Shown here piece by piece: positions 39,190 through 52,500 of a stretch of DNA of 64,000 bases. Source of the DNA: Macrostomum lignano. Its lineage: Eukaryota. Every line of letters starts with the position of its first letter. Positions within the stretch are counted from its first letter, which is position 1. The DNA is taken from positions 36,300-100,299 of the forward strand of contig NIVC01003384.1 of the NCBI GenBank assembly GCA_002269645.1, read 5' to 3'. The notes beneath the pieces were generated by a model. That model worked only from the letters and a program-made list of their open reading frames with translations. It ran no database searches and was not told where the DNA came from. Position numbers and translations under genes: made by a program.

Positions 39190-40200
39190 AGTGACCAAGC
39201 GAGAGCGAAAGCAAAGCGGAGCGCACAAAGCGAAGCGGTCTCCAAAACCCAAAGAAAGCCGTCAGGGATAAAGAAAAAGAGAGAAGACAGAAAAAAAATA
39301 GCGCGGCCACTCCATCAGCAAAGGAGATCGTAGCCTCAGCAGCCTGTTGAAACTGAGGCAGGTAGCGCTGCACGGCATCACTCCTCCAGTCTCCAATGCG
39401 CATGATGTCGGCCACTGGGAGACCCGGCAAGGCAGCCCAGGTCGCCCCACCTCTGCGCAGGCTGTGTGCGGAGAAGGAACCCTTTCTGAAGCCAGCCGCA
39501 GAAAATTTCTCGCGGAGGAAGCAGTCCAGATGCGTCGCGGTTAGCAGGCGCTGGCTGCCCCTGTCGTCGTGGTACGACCAAAGCGGCGAATCTGCGGCAC
39601 GAATGTGCAGCTCGACAGCTCTCACCGGGCACAGAGCGGGTCGATGTGACAGCCTCGGTAGGAGCACTCGGTGACTGCGCTCCTTGAACTGGATCGCCTT
39701 GCCGAACTCGCAGCGAACAACCAGACCTTTCGGATGCTTGAGCAGATCAGCGCGCCGTGTCAGTGCCGGGCCCTTTCCAGTTCGGGGGAGTAGGCTGTAT
39801 TTTCGCAACATCCCCCACCGCATCAGCATCGTGGGCGACACTGGCCCTTTCCGGCTAGCACGCAGTCCGAGGACCCGCTTGGCACCACGCAATAAGTGAA
39901 CAGCGGCGGCATGCTTGGTCAGGTCTGGTGCGGAGTTTAAGCGGAACCAGACCGACAGAGAACTGGCGACCGCTGAGAGAGTCTGGTGCAGCTTGGCGGC
40001 CTGAAAATGAAGAAAGGAGGCGTGGCCGAGCCAAAAGCGTGCAGGTGCCGAGTTTGGAGTACATAAGGTACTCGTATATAATAGCCAGCGGAGGGGGGCG
40101 GGGCTAAGTACAGCCCGCCCCAAGCAGATGCACAAGGGCAGGGGGTGGCTGATCACTAAAGCTGGTTTGCACAAGTTGCGCGCACCTATGCAAACCATGA
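39190..40200 (-). mobile_element. Degenerate DIRS/Ngaro-type retroelement fragment encoding a tyrosine recombinase
   Basis: The minus-strand ORF contains LLRGAKRV...RKGPVSP, MLRK, KAIQFKER, LCPVRA and FSAHSLRRGGATWAA..GLPVADIMRIGDWRSDAVQRYL, which is the R-HxxR-W-Y catalytic set of DIRS-class recombinases. The helix before MLRK appears deleted, and no RT/RNaseH ORF is present. Confidence 0.85.
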
Positions 40201-40314
40201 TTGCAGTTTTTTAGTATTTTTTCTCAAACAAGCAGTCACTCGTTTAATAACAATATTAATTTTTTCAACCGTGCATCGAATGAACTGTACTGTATTGTAC
40301 CCCTATATCGCTAA

Positions 40315-40536
40315 CAGGGGAGCACGAGAATTTCCCGCAGGAATTTTTCCCGCCGAGCTTTCCCCGCAGGAGCTTTCCCGCACGAGATTTTCCCGCAGCG
40401 AGAGTTTCCCGCAAGAAATTTCTCGTGATTGCCTGTTTACCTTAAGAAAGAAATTGTAAAAAGGAAAGCTATTAGCAGAGACGCGATTTTCTTTGATAAA
40501 TTCGACACAGGCAGCCAGCCAGCCAGCCAGGCAGGC

Positions 40537-40597
<61 letters not shown>

Positions 40598-40601
40598 GCC
40601 G

Positions 40602-40685
<84 letters not shown>

Positions 40686-40689
40686 GCCG

Positions 40690-40729
<40 letters not shown>

Positions 40730-40733
40730 GCCG

Positions 40734-40793
<60 letters not shown>

Positions 40794-40817
40794 GCCGGAC
40801 AGACAGACAGACAGCCG

Positions 40818-40861
<44 letters not shown>

Positions 40862-40987
40862 GGTAGGAAGGTAGGAGGGTAAACAGGCAATCACGAGAAA
40901 TTTCTTGCGGGAAAATCTCGGCGGTAAAAGCTCGGCATGAAAATCTCGGCGGGGAAATTTCCTGCGGGAAATTCTCGTGCTCCCCTG
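40315..40987. mobile_element. MITE with ~110-125-bp inverted arms (CAGGGGAGCACGAGAATTTCCCGCAGGAA...) enclosing a (CAGA)n microsatellite
   Basis: The left arm 40315-40440 is the inverse of the right arm 40879-40987. (GACA)n occupies 40515-40860. The flanks ATCGCTAA and TTGGCTAA match at 6/8 (decayed TSD?). Confidence 0.85.
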
Positions 40988-41454
40988 TTGGCTAACAGTT
41001 TTTCTTTTTAGCCTTATCTAATGCCTTATTCTAATGTCTATAAATCAAAATACATGCACACACACACAAAACTACATGTATAAGAAATTCAATTGTTGCT
41101 TGAATTTTTGCTGCTAGCTATGTATACAATTAGTCAATTACAAGTGTACTTCGTATAAGTACTTGGTATAGAAGCAAGCCCCAGCGATCTGGAGAAAGTC
41201 GAAACCGCGGCAAAATATTGCCGCCAGTCGCGACGTCCAGTATCATGCAATTGTACTTGCGATCACGTTGTCAATATAAATGACACATGCAATTTATTGA
41301 CATTCCGCCCATTCCGCTAATCCCTGAGAAGCCCGCATTGGCTAGGGCGCGGGGCCGGTCAAGGGAGGTCTGCCAGCCGGGACCTGTCTGCGGTGGGGAA
41401 GACGGAGCCTCGTTTGGTAGCCTGGAAGAACCGATCAATGAGCTGTGTGGGATA

Positions 41455-41732
41455 TTCTCGAGCCGCGGCAAGCGTCGTCCAGGGGCGGGCTGCATATGTG
41501 CCCGAGGGGGTGGAGCCGCGGCAAGCGTCGTCCAGGGGCGGGCTGCATATGGGCCCGAGGGGGTGGAGCCGCGGCAAGCGTCGTCCAGGGGCGGGCTGCA
41601 TTTGGGCCCGAGTTGGTGGAGCCGCGGCAAGCGTCGTCCAGGGGCGGGCTGCATTTGGGCCCGAGTTGGTGGAGCCGCGGCAAGCGTCGTCCAGGGGCGG
41701 GCTGCATATGGGCCCGAGGTGGTGGAGCCGCG
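41455..41732. repeat. 59-bp GC-rich minisatellite (GGAGCCGCGGCAAGCGTCGTCCAGGGGCGGGCTGCATWTGGGCCCGAG...)
   Basis: About 4.5 units visible. Confidence 0.9.
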
Positions 41733-42619
41733 GTCACAGTTGAAGGCCGGACAGTGGCAGACGACACTGCTTAGCATCCTTTTGTTCTCGAGGCTGCAGA
41801 AGGGGCAGAGAGTTCACTCCGGCAGGCGCCGGAGGAAGCAGGGCCTGGCTAACCAAACCGTGACCTGTGAAGGTCATGGTGAGAGCGGTTCAAAAGGATT
41901 CTCCGGGATTGGCGGCAGTCTCGGGAATTCTGTGCCATCTGAGCTAGTGCAGCTAGGATATTTCGCCCATGCATTTATTAATCTGACGGTTTAAATGACC
42001 GCGTCGGAGATGGGGGCAGATCGAGAGGCACGGGCCAAGGAGTAGCGAACTGGAACCCGGCCGCCTTAGCGAGGGAGTCAGCGAGAGCTCTGTGGCCGGG
42101 GGATCGAGACAAAGCTGGCATGTCCCCCATAGCTTTTACTGGGTGGTCCCCCCCCCTGTCCCCCACGGGCCCACGGTGGCAGGTGGCAACTTTGCGAGAA
42201 ATTAAATTACTCACTCTAATGTCTTCGAACAAAGACCCTACAAACACCCTACCGCTTGGTGCGGAAACTTTGAAAGTATAATACAACTAAGTTGAAGTGA
42301 GTGAATTGGTATTAGTTTTTGTGCATGTCTATAGTCTATCTATACATATATAAATAAATCTGTAAATAATGTACATTAATGTGTTCGCTGTACTAAATAT
42401 ATACAGCTGTAAGGTTCCTGAAATTTCAAGGCTTTAAAGCCTGCGCGGTGCTTGGCTTTGTTCCGCAATTCTCAAGCTTGACCGAGGCTAAGGTGCATGT
42501 GTTTATCCCAAGCCCGGTCAACCGCACTAACCGGACCTCTGTCTTCCTTTTGACATTGTTGGAGCTATAGCCTTCCATAACGTTATCTTGTTCGGTGGTC
42601 ATGTACATGTTCTGTATGA

Positions 42620-42959
42620 CAGTGGCGTAGCCAGGAATTTCAATTGGGACGGGGGGCACGTTGGCTTGGCTGGCCATGCCTTATGCCATTGCTACTTTTG
42701 GCACTCATTTTGGCGCCGCAGGCACTCATTTAGGCGCCGCAGGCACTCATTTTGGCGCCGCAGACACTCATTTAGGCGCCGCAGGCACTCATTTAGGCGC
42801 CGCAGGCACTCATTTTGGCGCCGCAGGCACTCATTTTGGTGCTGCAGGCACTCATTTTAGCGCTGCAGGCACTCATTTTGGCGCCGCAGGCACTCAATTG
42901 TCTCATGGTTTTTGGTACCCGCCGCGCCCAATCCCACCCCACCCCTTGCTACGCCACTG
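42620..42959. mobile_element. 340-bp hAT-type MITE (TIR CAGTGGCGTAGC) carrying ~9 units of the 21-bp GGCGCCGCAGGCACTCATTTT minisatellite
   Basis: Perfect 12-bp TIR and perfect 8-bp TSD CTGTATGA at 42612-42619 and 42960-42967. Confidence 0.93.
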
Positions 42960-44769
42960 CTGTATGATGGGCTTCGGCCTTTTCGGCTCCTTTGTGGAAG
43001 CCTTCGGGCCTCAGGTCTCAGAAATAAATCAATTAGAGTCCTGGCCCCCCACTCCTGTCAGATGGTCAGCCCCATGGTAGCGTGATCTGTGGCGAGCAGT
43101 CTAGGTCCTATAGCGAGAGACAAGCAGGGTGAATTTTGAAGGTAGAGATTAAGATTAGCTAATGCGCAGATTAACAACCCGCTGCCACCAGATTGATCGG
43201 CTGAGAACTGCCTTGTCATTGGTCCACTGTGATCGGCGCCGACTAGCTTAGCTACTCATCTGAGCTATTGGCGATCGAAGAAATACAACCGATTAAAATA
43301 ACTGTCAGATTTAACCTTCTCACTGAATCTCTTCACATTTCAGATTGAATTGGAGTAATCAGACTACTAACAGTATTATTAAGTGATTTCTGCCTCAATA
43401 ACAGCACTGCTGAACAAAATGAGCAAAAGTGTGCGCCTATTCCAGCTACTGAAATAGGGAACAGATAAGGAATCAGCCAATCAAGCAAGCCTAGGTAGCC
43501 TCTCACCCAACCAATCAGAAACTCAACAGCCGGAGACCAGGTAATCCACAGTGACCGAATCGGCTTAGTGCTTCGCAGCTGTATGCCCAGGATGATGCTG
43601 TCACAGTCTTCGCAGATAGCTAGCAGGTGATGATCTTAACCTCGATGATCGATGCCGTCGACCGGGGGATTCGTCCTTTTGATGATGAGGGGGGGTTGTC
43701 GCAATCCGGGGATCAAGAGACGACGGTCGTGACTCCGAAACAGGTCGATCGTCCCGGGAGTCCGAAGATTTGTCTGAGGTAAGAGGCAAGAGCCGGTGCC
43801 GCGGAATGAGTCCGAGCGGGCCAAAAACATTGGTTTAAATAGCCTCCAACTGGACCGCAATTTATTACAATGGAACACCTCGATGCTGATTGGCTGAGCC
43901 GATTTGTTATAACTGACGTCGAATTTTCTGATTGGCTGAGCTTGTTGCCACCCAAACTTACGTGACCAAAAGATCCTATCAGTATAGCGAGGGGCCATAA
44001 AAATATGCCAGGTACGTGTTGTCACAATTATCATTCAAAATCGCTACACCATGATTTATGACCTTTCGCGTAGGAATTACAAAAATTAATGAAAGAATAT
44101 GCATTAGAAAGATCTTATTAATTGTAGAAAGTGAAGATGGTGAAGAGAAATCGCTAATCCCAAAGTACTTTTAGAGGTAAAACGCACAGCTGTCAAAACT
44201 GTCAAACGCTTGAGTGAACACGAACAATAGGCCCTGACCTCATAAATCTGCACTGATGGCCTGTCAAAAATGATTAGAAAAAAAAGTTACCGGTCGATTC
44301 CTCTCAGACTATCTGGCGCCAGCCCGATCAACACTGAGTGAGGCGCAGGTGGCTGTCAGACCAGCTCACAAGCAATGATTTATGACCCCAAAAGCAGCGA
44401 AAACCGCGCCTACATAACTACAAGTACTGGCAAAATCATTTACTCGAAAGCTACAAAAATCTTACTAGTATGAATTCTAGGAAAATTACATAAAAAGGAG
44501 AAAAATGCCCATAGCCTGCTGCAAGTAGGCTATAGCAAGTTTGGAGTCCAGGTGCGCGAGCGTGAAATTTGGAATAAAGTGCGTCCTCATCATGTACATG
44601 TACTGGTATTACAGCCAGTACCGTACTGCCACCGCGCACCTGCTTTTTGGGCCACCAACGGACAGTTAACCGCGTCTGCCAGAGCTCGATCCCGTACTCC
44701 CGAACAGTCCGTAACAGATAGGACAGCCGGCCTCCACCTTGTGAACCACTGTTGGTAATCAATGTTTTT

Positions 44770-45054
44770 TCAGGGTGCTAAAATGAGAGTGCATGAGTAA
44801 GTGCCTTGCAGCGCTAAAGGGAGTGCCTGCGGCGCTAAAATGGTGCCTACTATAGCTGCGGCGTCAAAAGGAATGCCTGCGCGACAAAAGGAGTGCCTGC
44901 GGTTCCAAAATGAGCGCTGACAATACGATCTTGATCAAATTCGTGTTGTAGGAAATGTAAGAATTTAATATTTAATCATGTTACATGTACACATGCTGAA
45001 TTCTTGGCTTTTGCATTGTCCCCCACATATATAAAATCCATGGCGACGCCCCTG
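44770..45054 (-). mobile_element. Decayed copy of the CAGGGGCGTCGCCAT-terminated element with eroded 21-bp repeats
   Basis: Homologous to 18100-18253 (GGAAATGTA.GAATTT, CATGTACA..TG.TGAATTCTTGG, ATAAAATC.ATGGCGACGCCCCTG). Confidence 0.75.
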
Positions 45055-48037
45055 GAGACAGGTTAGGCTAAGGCGGAGCAAAAGTCGGGCGGGGCTTTTA
45101 TCGGCGCGTGAATTACGTGCGTGTGACGTTGTCAGTTTAAGTAGCCCGCCAAGTGCCGTTTTAGCCTTTTAGGATACGGTACGAATCTATAATATTGTTG
45201 GTTTCGTACTTTCACGTCTGCTTAAGTAGTAGTGTCCAAAGAATTTTAATCTCAGCTTGCGTACATTTGTAAAGCCTGCGTACAGTGCGCGATCGATAAT
45301 TTCTGTTTTCTGTTTTTTTTCAGCCGGCCAATAGAAAAGCCGTGCATTAATTATGTTAAGTTCTCCTCGCGCGCCCACCCCCAGCCCGCTCTTTATCAGT
45401 CCTGTCTGGCTGGGCGCTCGGGTTTAGACCCCGTTTCTGCCGCATCAAAGCCCTTCCCTGCCCCGCGCTGCTCTGCCCGCCCTTAGGCTCTCACTCCTTG
45501 TTTACTTGCCTTCTCTCTGGGCCTTTTCATATTACCAATTCCAGAACCAGAATCGGTTCGGAATTCCAAGAAAAACAGCAGTATAACTATTAAACTCTGT
45601 GAATATTTGACTGCCTTAACAACCTAACTTAGCACAATTTTTCACTTTCTTCTTGGCGATTGTCATTCAATAATAAAAACTTTATAGCACGTATCTGATC
45701 TCCTTCTAGTTATGGAGACAAAAAGTTATACTTCACAAATTGGTTCTGGTTCTGGAACCAGAGCAAGCAATATGAAAAGGCCCTCTCTCCGCCGCGTTCT
45801 AGCTACGCCTTCGCCAGCCTCAGTCACACCACTTCTACTGTCAGTTCGAGCTCTTCACTTACTACGAGCACCGCCACCGTACGTTCACCGCCATCACTTC
45901 GTCACCGTTGCCTCAAACTCATCGACCCCCTCTGCAGCTCCTACCATCTAACTTATTGTTGTGTAGCCGCCAGTGCATCGTTTGCGAATTCAACTAGTAC
46001 TTTGATCTATCTCCGTTACAATAAACAAAGTCTGCGGCCATTGCCTGCACCAGTCATCATTATTGCCAAGTGCTACCGCTACAATTTTGCCTCTGCCGTA
46101 TTTGTCTTGTCGACTATTTTCGAGGCCGCCACATTATTCGTCACAGTGCGCTAAAGATTTTTTGATCAGCAAAGACTGCAGATAACTTAAACTTAGTATT
46201 CTTTCCAACTTCGCAATCGCATCCATGTACGTATTAATAGAAGGAAACAAGACCCGGTTACAAACCGCAGAAAATAAGCAATGAAATAATCAATTTTTTT
46301 AACAATTAAACTATCGTTAATATTAAAATTCGACATCATTTCTCAGACATTTGTTAAAATCTAAACTAAATTTTGTGTTTTACGAAACAGTACTTTTCAG
46401 CGAAACCTGGAAAGACTGACTGAGTGCGTACCTGCGCATGATGGCGTTTTCAATACATTATGCTATGGGCCTAGCCTATGGCCTATTGATGTACATATAC
46501 AGTATATACTTCTTGAAAAACTACAGTATAGTATTATGACTATATTATTACACTGTTTCAGGCATGCAGGCCATATTATAGGCTAAAAAATATAATACTT
46601 TCATTAGTAATCTATAAAAAGATCTGTAAAGTAACATAAAGAATCTATACTGTGTTAAAAAATGCCAAGTCTGCTAAATGACAACTCTGAAAATTTTGAG
46701 GGTCAGTAAGGATTAGCAATAGTTAGGTACAATAGAGTCAAGATATTTGTGTTTGCCCCTAATTGGCATCCTAGTTTTAAATTTTGGGCATCCTAGGAAT
46801 TCTGGAGCTTAGTCCTAAGATGCCAAATGCCACAATGATCAGGGGTTGTATTTTGGATATTGTGGTAGGTCAATAGATGTTTTTGTTCTTAATTATTCTA
46901 TCCCACTGGCCACTAAGGCCACTAAGTTGTAAGGCCTATCTATCTAGAATCTAGGTAGGTATGTGATTGATTTTATCAAAATTAGAGTCCTAAATTTAGA
47001 CTAACCCTAGATTGGAGTTGCCCAATGAGACAAACTTCTTACTCTTGCTGTCTCCTAATAGTTATTACTTCTTTTTTCTATTAGCTTAAGCTTAGAGAAT
47101 AGTAAGTTAGAATGCTTTGCTTTATTTCTTAGACCAAATTGTAGAGATGCAGCCAAATCTAAAATGAGGCAAAATTTGCTTGTATTTATAGTCTTATGGG
47201 GAGGTGCATCAGTGCATAAAACAAGTATAGCAAAACAAAGTCATCAATTTGAAAAAATTACCAAGAATAGTTCCTGTCAAAATAATTCTCTTATTTATAA
47301 CAAGTTTAGAATTAAGTTATATAGTAGGGCTAAGTTTAGACTTTGTAGTCATAGATCTAGATATATATCCTAAACTTAAATATGCCCTAAAAATCTAATT
47401 AGTAGGCTCCCTAGTGTCATGGTGACCCATAATCAGGATCAAGATCATGACATGATGCACCTATGCCAAAACAAATCCTATCAAAAAGTTGGATTGCACT
47501 ATGCACCAGAATAAATCCTATCAAAAAAGTTCATTTGTACTGTGCGCTAGAACTAATTCTATCAAAAAAGTTTGCTTGCACCATGTACCACAACGTTATA
47601 GAAAAAAACTGCAAAAAATGTATAATTTTCCATTTGAAAAATACAAGTAAAACTTGTATTTGAATCTGTTTTATAGAAATGCAATGTTGATACAAATTAA
47701 TTAAAAAAGCCATAAATACACTAGTAAATAAAAATTGCTAATAAAAAGAAATTATATATAATTTTCTGTTGGAGAAAATATTGTCTTGTCCAAAGTTTTT
47801 GTTTGGCAACAAGTTATGCCAATTTTTTGTCTTATGCCTTACTGCACCAGACTTTTCTCCCTTGCATGCTATTGCGCCGGAGTGCCCCAATGCAGCACAT
47901 ATCCAACCCTTTTTTGTGTTGGAATTTTCCATGAAAAAGGCTATCTTCCTAACTATGGAATTGGTGACTTGGTAAGGAATAGATATAAACTATAAAGGTC
48001 ATATCCAATAGTATAGAAGTAGCTTGAATTATATGAA

Positions 48038-48334
48038 CATACATGCGCAACAGTCGGCCGAGTCGGCCGATCCGGCCGACCGATTTGGCGGCCAACCAAG
48101 GAAGTCGCAAAAATGCCAACCTGAAAAAACACCGAGTAGTAGTACTAAGTAGCTGACGAGGCATTTTGGCTTTATAAGACAGTCATAGTTACTCCTGCCG
48201 TTTACCCAAAGTTGCGTTTATTTTGCTTTCGGGTTTTTTTACATGTAAGTCGCATTTTTGGCCAAAAACTACGTCGCATTTTTGTTAAAACTAAGTCGCA
48301 TGGCCGACCGAAATTTGGAGGTTGCGCATGTATG
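48038..48334. mobile_element. 297-bp MITE with TIR CATACATGCGCAAC and 8-bp TSD (same termini as the 172-bp palindromic family, different interior)
   Basis: Perfect 14-bp TIR and TSD TATATGAA at 48030-48037 and 48335-48342. Confidence 0.92.
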
Positions 48335-48997
48335 TATATGAAAAAGAAAAATGTAGGGCCTATCATTTAAATTGTATTTGAAAAATTAAAATATCAAAAA
48401 CTAAGTCAATATCCAGGGACCAAGGTCTAGATCATATAGTCCATAGTTCAGAACACTGTATGTATCCCAGAAAAAATATGACCAATTTTTTGGTATATGC
48501 CAGTTTATGCTAAACATATAGAATCTTATTGTAGCTAAAATGTCAATAGGGGGCCTATATACTAACAAATGTAAAATTTCCACAAAATGTACACTAAAAT
48601 TTCTCCTAAAAAGAGGTTATTTATCTTTGACAATGAGTTTCCTAATAAAGGTCATTTTTAAGATAGGGCCTATCAAAAATATTAACAGTTTATTTTTTAG
48701 ATTACTTTTAGAGATAAAATAAAATTAGACCTTTGAAAATAATGATGCATAATTTTAGTTTTCAATGATCATTTTTACTAATTTTATTAAATATTAGCTA
48801 ATTGTAAAAAAACAAAAAAATTATCACTCATTGTTTAGAGTATATGAATCATTCTTTTCTCAAACAAATTTTTGTTTTTTGTATGTCAATATATGTATAG
48901 TGTATGCAACTTTGCAAGAGGTTATTTGTACATTATATTCAAAAATTTCTAGCATACATGTAACCTTCTAAAGTCTAGACTTAAATTAGGCCCTAGC

Positions 48998-49336
48998 CAG
49001 TGGCATAGTCAGGAATTTCAATTTGGGAGAAGGAGAAGGTAGGTTGGCCTGGCTGGTCATGCCTAGTGCCATTGCCATTGCCACTTCCCATTGCCATTGC
49101 AAAGTCAGATAGAATTTGACATTATGAGTTGATTTTAATTTTTATAGCTTCATGTAGTTCATTTTTTCTTTGATGTTTCAACCTGTCCTGTCCTGCAGAC
49201 CAACCTGCAGCCAGTCTAATCTAGCCCATAAAGTCTGGGTAATAAAATTTTGCTTGGTTTTTGGTACCCACCACACCCCACCCCACTCCCAGGCAATTGC
49301 CACAGCCCCCTTGGCCCTTTCCTGGCTATGCCATTG
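48998..49336. mobile_element. 339-bp hAT-type MITE of the CAGTGGCRTAG family without the minisatellite
   Basis: Ends are CAGTGGCATAGTCAGGAATTTCAATT and GCTATGCCATTG. TSD GCCCTAGC at 48990-48997 and 49337-49344. It shares its terminal ~70-80 bp with 42620-42959. Confidence 0.9.
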
Positions 49337-49599
49337 GCCCTAGCAAAATAAATAGTCACTTTGTATTAAAAATTGATTTTTAAAACTATCTATCAAATGT
49401 CTCAATTAATTTTTGCCATCTATTCTTTAAACATATATTCAAGATTTTTTAAGTCATTTTTTCATTTTAAAAATAGAAGTTTATTCATTATTATATAATT
49501 TTCATGATTTATGACAAGTTTGATCAATATTTACTAATTAACTAACAACTCTTATATTACATTATGGTTTCAGCCTATTTTAATTTTCAGACAACTAAA

Positions 49600-52500
49600 A
49601 TGAGCAAAAATTTCTCTGAATCAGATAAGAGTCTGCTTTGCAATACAATAGCCACTATTGCTATCACAGCTAATAGTGATAGCTCTGTAAATAGCGGATG
49701 CAAAGTTTTATCAAAGCATTTGCTTCCTCTAAAGCCATATGATTGGGTTGAACTTTATAAGGTAATAATTGATTACCACTTCTAAGTCTTAATAAAAAAT
49801 TAAGCATATTGATTCTAATTTTAAGATAAAGAACTTTCTTTTGTAGACAAATCACAATGCTAATGAAGTCAATGCATTTACACTAACACTATCAACTAAA
49901 AAAGTTTTTTTGGACAACTTGTTGGAGTCAGTAAGTTTAAAATGTTGTATTAAAATGATTCTTGCATAAATAGTTAAACTGTTTGAATAATTTAAATTCA
50001 AGAATGGGGATTTGATACCTTGAAGGGGATTTAGGATCTCAATCCTACCTTGAATGGGATTAAGGATCTCAGTCATACCTTGGAGGGGATTCGATCTTAG
50101 ACATACCTTGGAGGGTATTTGAGATCTCAGACATACCTTGGAGGGGATTTGGGATCTTAGACATACCTTGGAGGGGATTTGGGATCTTAGACATACCTTA
50201 GACATCTTAGACATCTTAGACATCTTAGATCTTAGACATCTCAGACATACCTGGAAAGGGATTTGGGATCTCAGTCATACCTGGAAAGGGATTTGGGATC
50301 TCAGTCATACCTGGAAAGGGATTTGGGATCTCAGTCATACCTGGAAAGGGATTTGGGATCTCAGTCATACCTGGAAAGGGATTTGGGATCTCAGTCATAC
50401 CTGGAAAGGAATTTGGGATCTCAGTCATACCTGGAAAGGGATTTGGGATCTCAGTCATACCTGGAAAGGGATTTGGGATCTCAGTCATACCTGGAAAGGG
50501 ATTTGGGATCTCAGTCATACCTGGAAAGGGATTTGGGATCTCAGTCATACCTGGAAAGGAATTTGGGATCTCAGTCATACCTGGAAAGGGATTTGGGATC
50601 TCAGTCATACCTGGAAAGGGATTTGGGATCTCAGTCATACCTGGAAAGGGATTTGGGATCTCAGTCATACCTGGAAAGGGATTTGGGATCTCAGTCATAC
50701 CTGGAAAGGGATTTGGGATCTCAGTCATACCTGGAAAGGGATTTGGGATCTCAGTCATACCTGGAAAGGGATTTGGGATCTCAGTCATACCTGGAAAGGG
50801 ATTTGGGATCTCAGTCATACCTGGAAAGGAATTTGGGATCTCAGTCATACCTGGAAAGGGATTTGGGATCTCAGTCATACCTGGAAAGGGATTTGGGATC
50901 TCAGTCATACTTGGAAAGGGATTTGGGATCTCAGTCATACCTGGAAAGGGATTTGGGATCTCAGTCATACCTGGAAAGGAATTTGGGATCTCAGTCATAC
51001 CTGGAAAGGGATTTGGGATCTCAGTCATACCTGGAAAGGGATTTGGGATCTCAGTCATACTTGGAAAGGGATTTGGGATCTCAGTCATACATGGAAAGGG
51101 ATTTGGGATCTCAGTCATACCTCGAAGGGGATTTAATAACAATCTGTCATAACTAATCCCAGTCAATCAGCCATTCTCTCTGTCTCGCCCGAATAGACAA
51201 CCAGATCCCTGTTGCGCAATCATCTGGCTAGCCATTTCGGGCCACTGTCCAGCCTCCACTTGATGAGGCGCAATCGCGGCGGTGGCAGCCGACTAACCGG
51301 CAGCGCCATAGCTGAGTTTGCCTCGCCTCAGTCGGCCACCAGCTGCTTGGCAGCGGAGCCTCCCCAGCTGACCATTCACGGGTCGCCGTGCCCGCTACTC
51401 GACAAAGATCCCAGCGGCTGCGGCGACGGCGGGCGACCAAGGCGACGTCGATGTAATCTGCTGCGAGCGTCGCCTTTCTATGAAAAAGCTATCCGTGAAA
51501 CCGATCCCAGCCCCATGGAATCTGTTGATCCTAACAATTTCTATGGCCAAGATGACGGAGAGGAGGCTGAGGACAAATTGGCAGTTCATCAACGTCGAGC
51601 TGAACACGCCAATCAGTGCCTGCTGTTCAAACTCAATCCGATGGCTTTTAGAGCTATTTTGGAGCGACTGGATTTGAAAGATTGGTTTAGACTGTTGGTG
51701 AGACCTTACTGTGCTTGTTTCATAACCCTTAAATTAATTCTCAGGTGAGAATCTCCCCAGAATGTCTCTTAGGTGAGAATCTCCCCCGCCGCCAAGAATG
51801 ACTCTCAGGTAAGAATCTCCCTCTGAATAATTCTCAGGTGAGAATCTCCCCAGAATGATTCTCAGGTGACAATCTCCCCCAGAATGACTCTCAGGTGAGA
51901 ATCTCCTCCAGAATGATTCTCAGGTGAGAATCTCCTCCAGAATGATTCTCAGGTGACAATCTCCCCCAGAATGACTCTCAGGTGAGAATCTCCCCCAGAA
52001 TGACTCTCAGGTGAGAATCTCCTCCAGAATGACTCTCAGGTGAGAATCTCCTCCAGAATGACTCTCAGGTGAGAATCTCCTCCAGAATGACTCTCAGGTG
52101 AGAATCTCCTCCAGAATGACTCTCAGGTGAGAATCTCCCTAGAATGATTCTCAGGTGAGAATCTCCCTAGAATGGTTCTCAGGTGAGAATCTCCCTAGAA
52201 TGGTTCTCAGGTGAGAATCTCTCCCCAGAATGATTCTCAGGTGAGAATCTCCCTCAGAATGATTCTCAAGTGAGAATCTCCCTCAGAATGATTCTCAAGT
52301 GAGAATCTCCTCCAGAATTATTCTCAGGTCAAAGCAAAGCGCCCACAACCCCGTCGGTGTCCGCAGGAGGTGTGCAGCTGCACACATCACCGGGTACGCC
52401 TCGCGCTGACAGCCACCCGTCAGTTTCGACTGGATGGGTCGCTGTTCCGACGCGGTTTTCCAGTCCCTTCGCCGCCATTAAACGACAGCCTCTGCATGCG

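Noticed and set aside
41271-42286. Several 100-235-aa ORFs around the 59-bp repeat
   Set aside because: They are dominated by repeat translation on both strands, with no identifiable domain.
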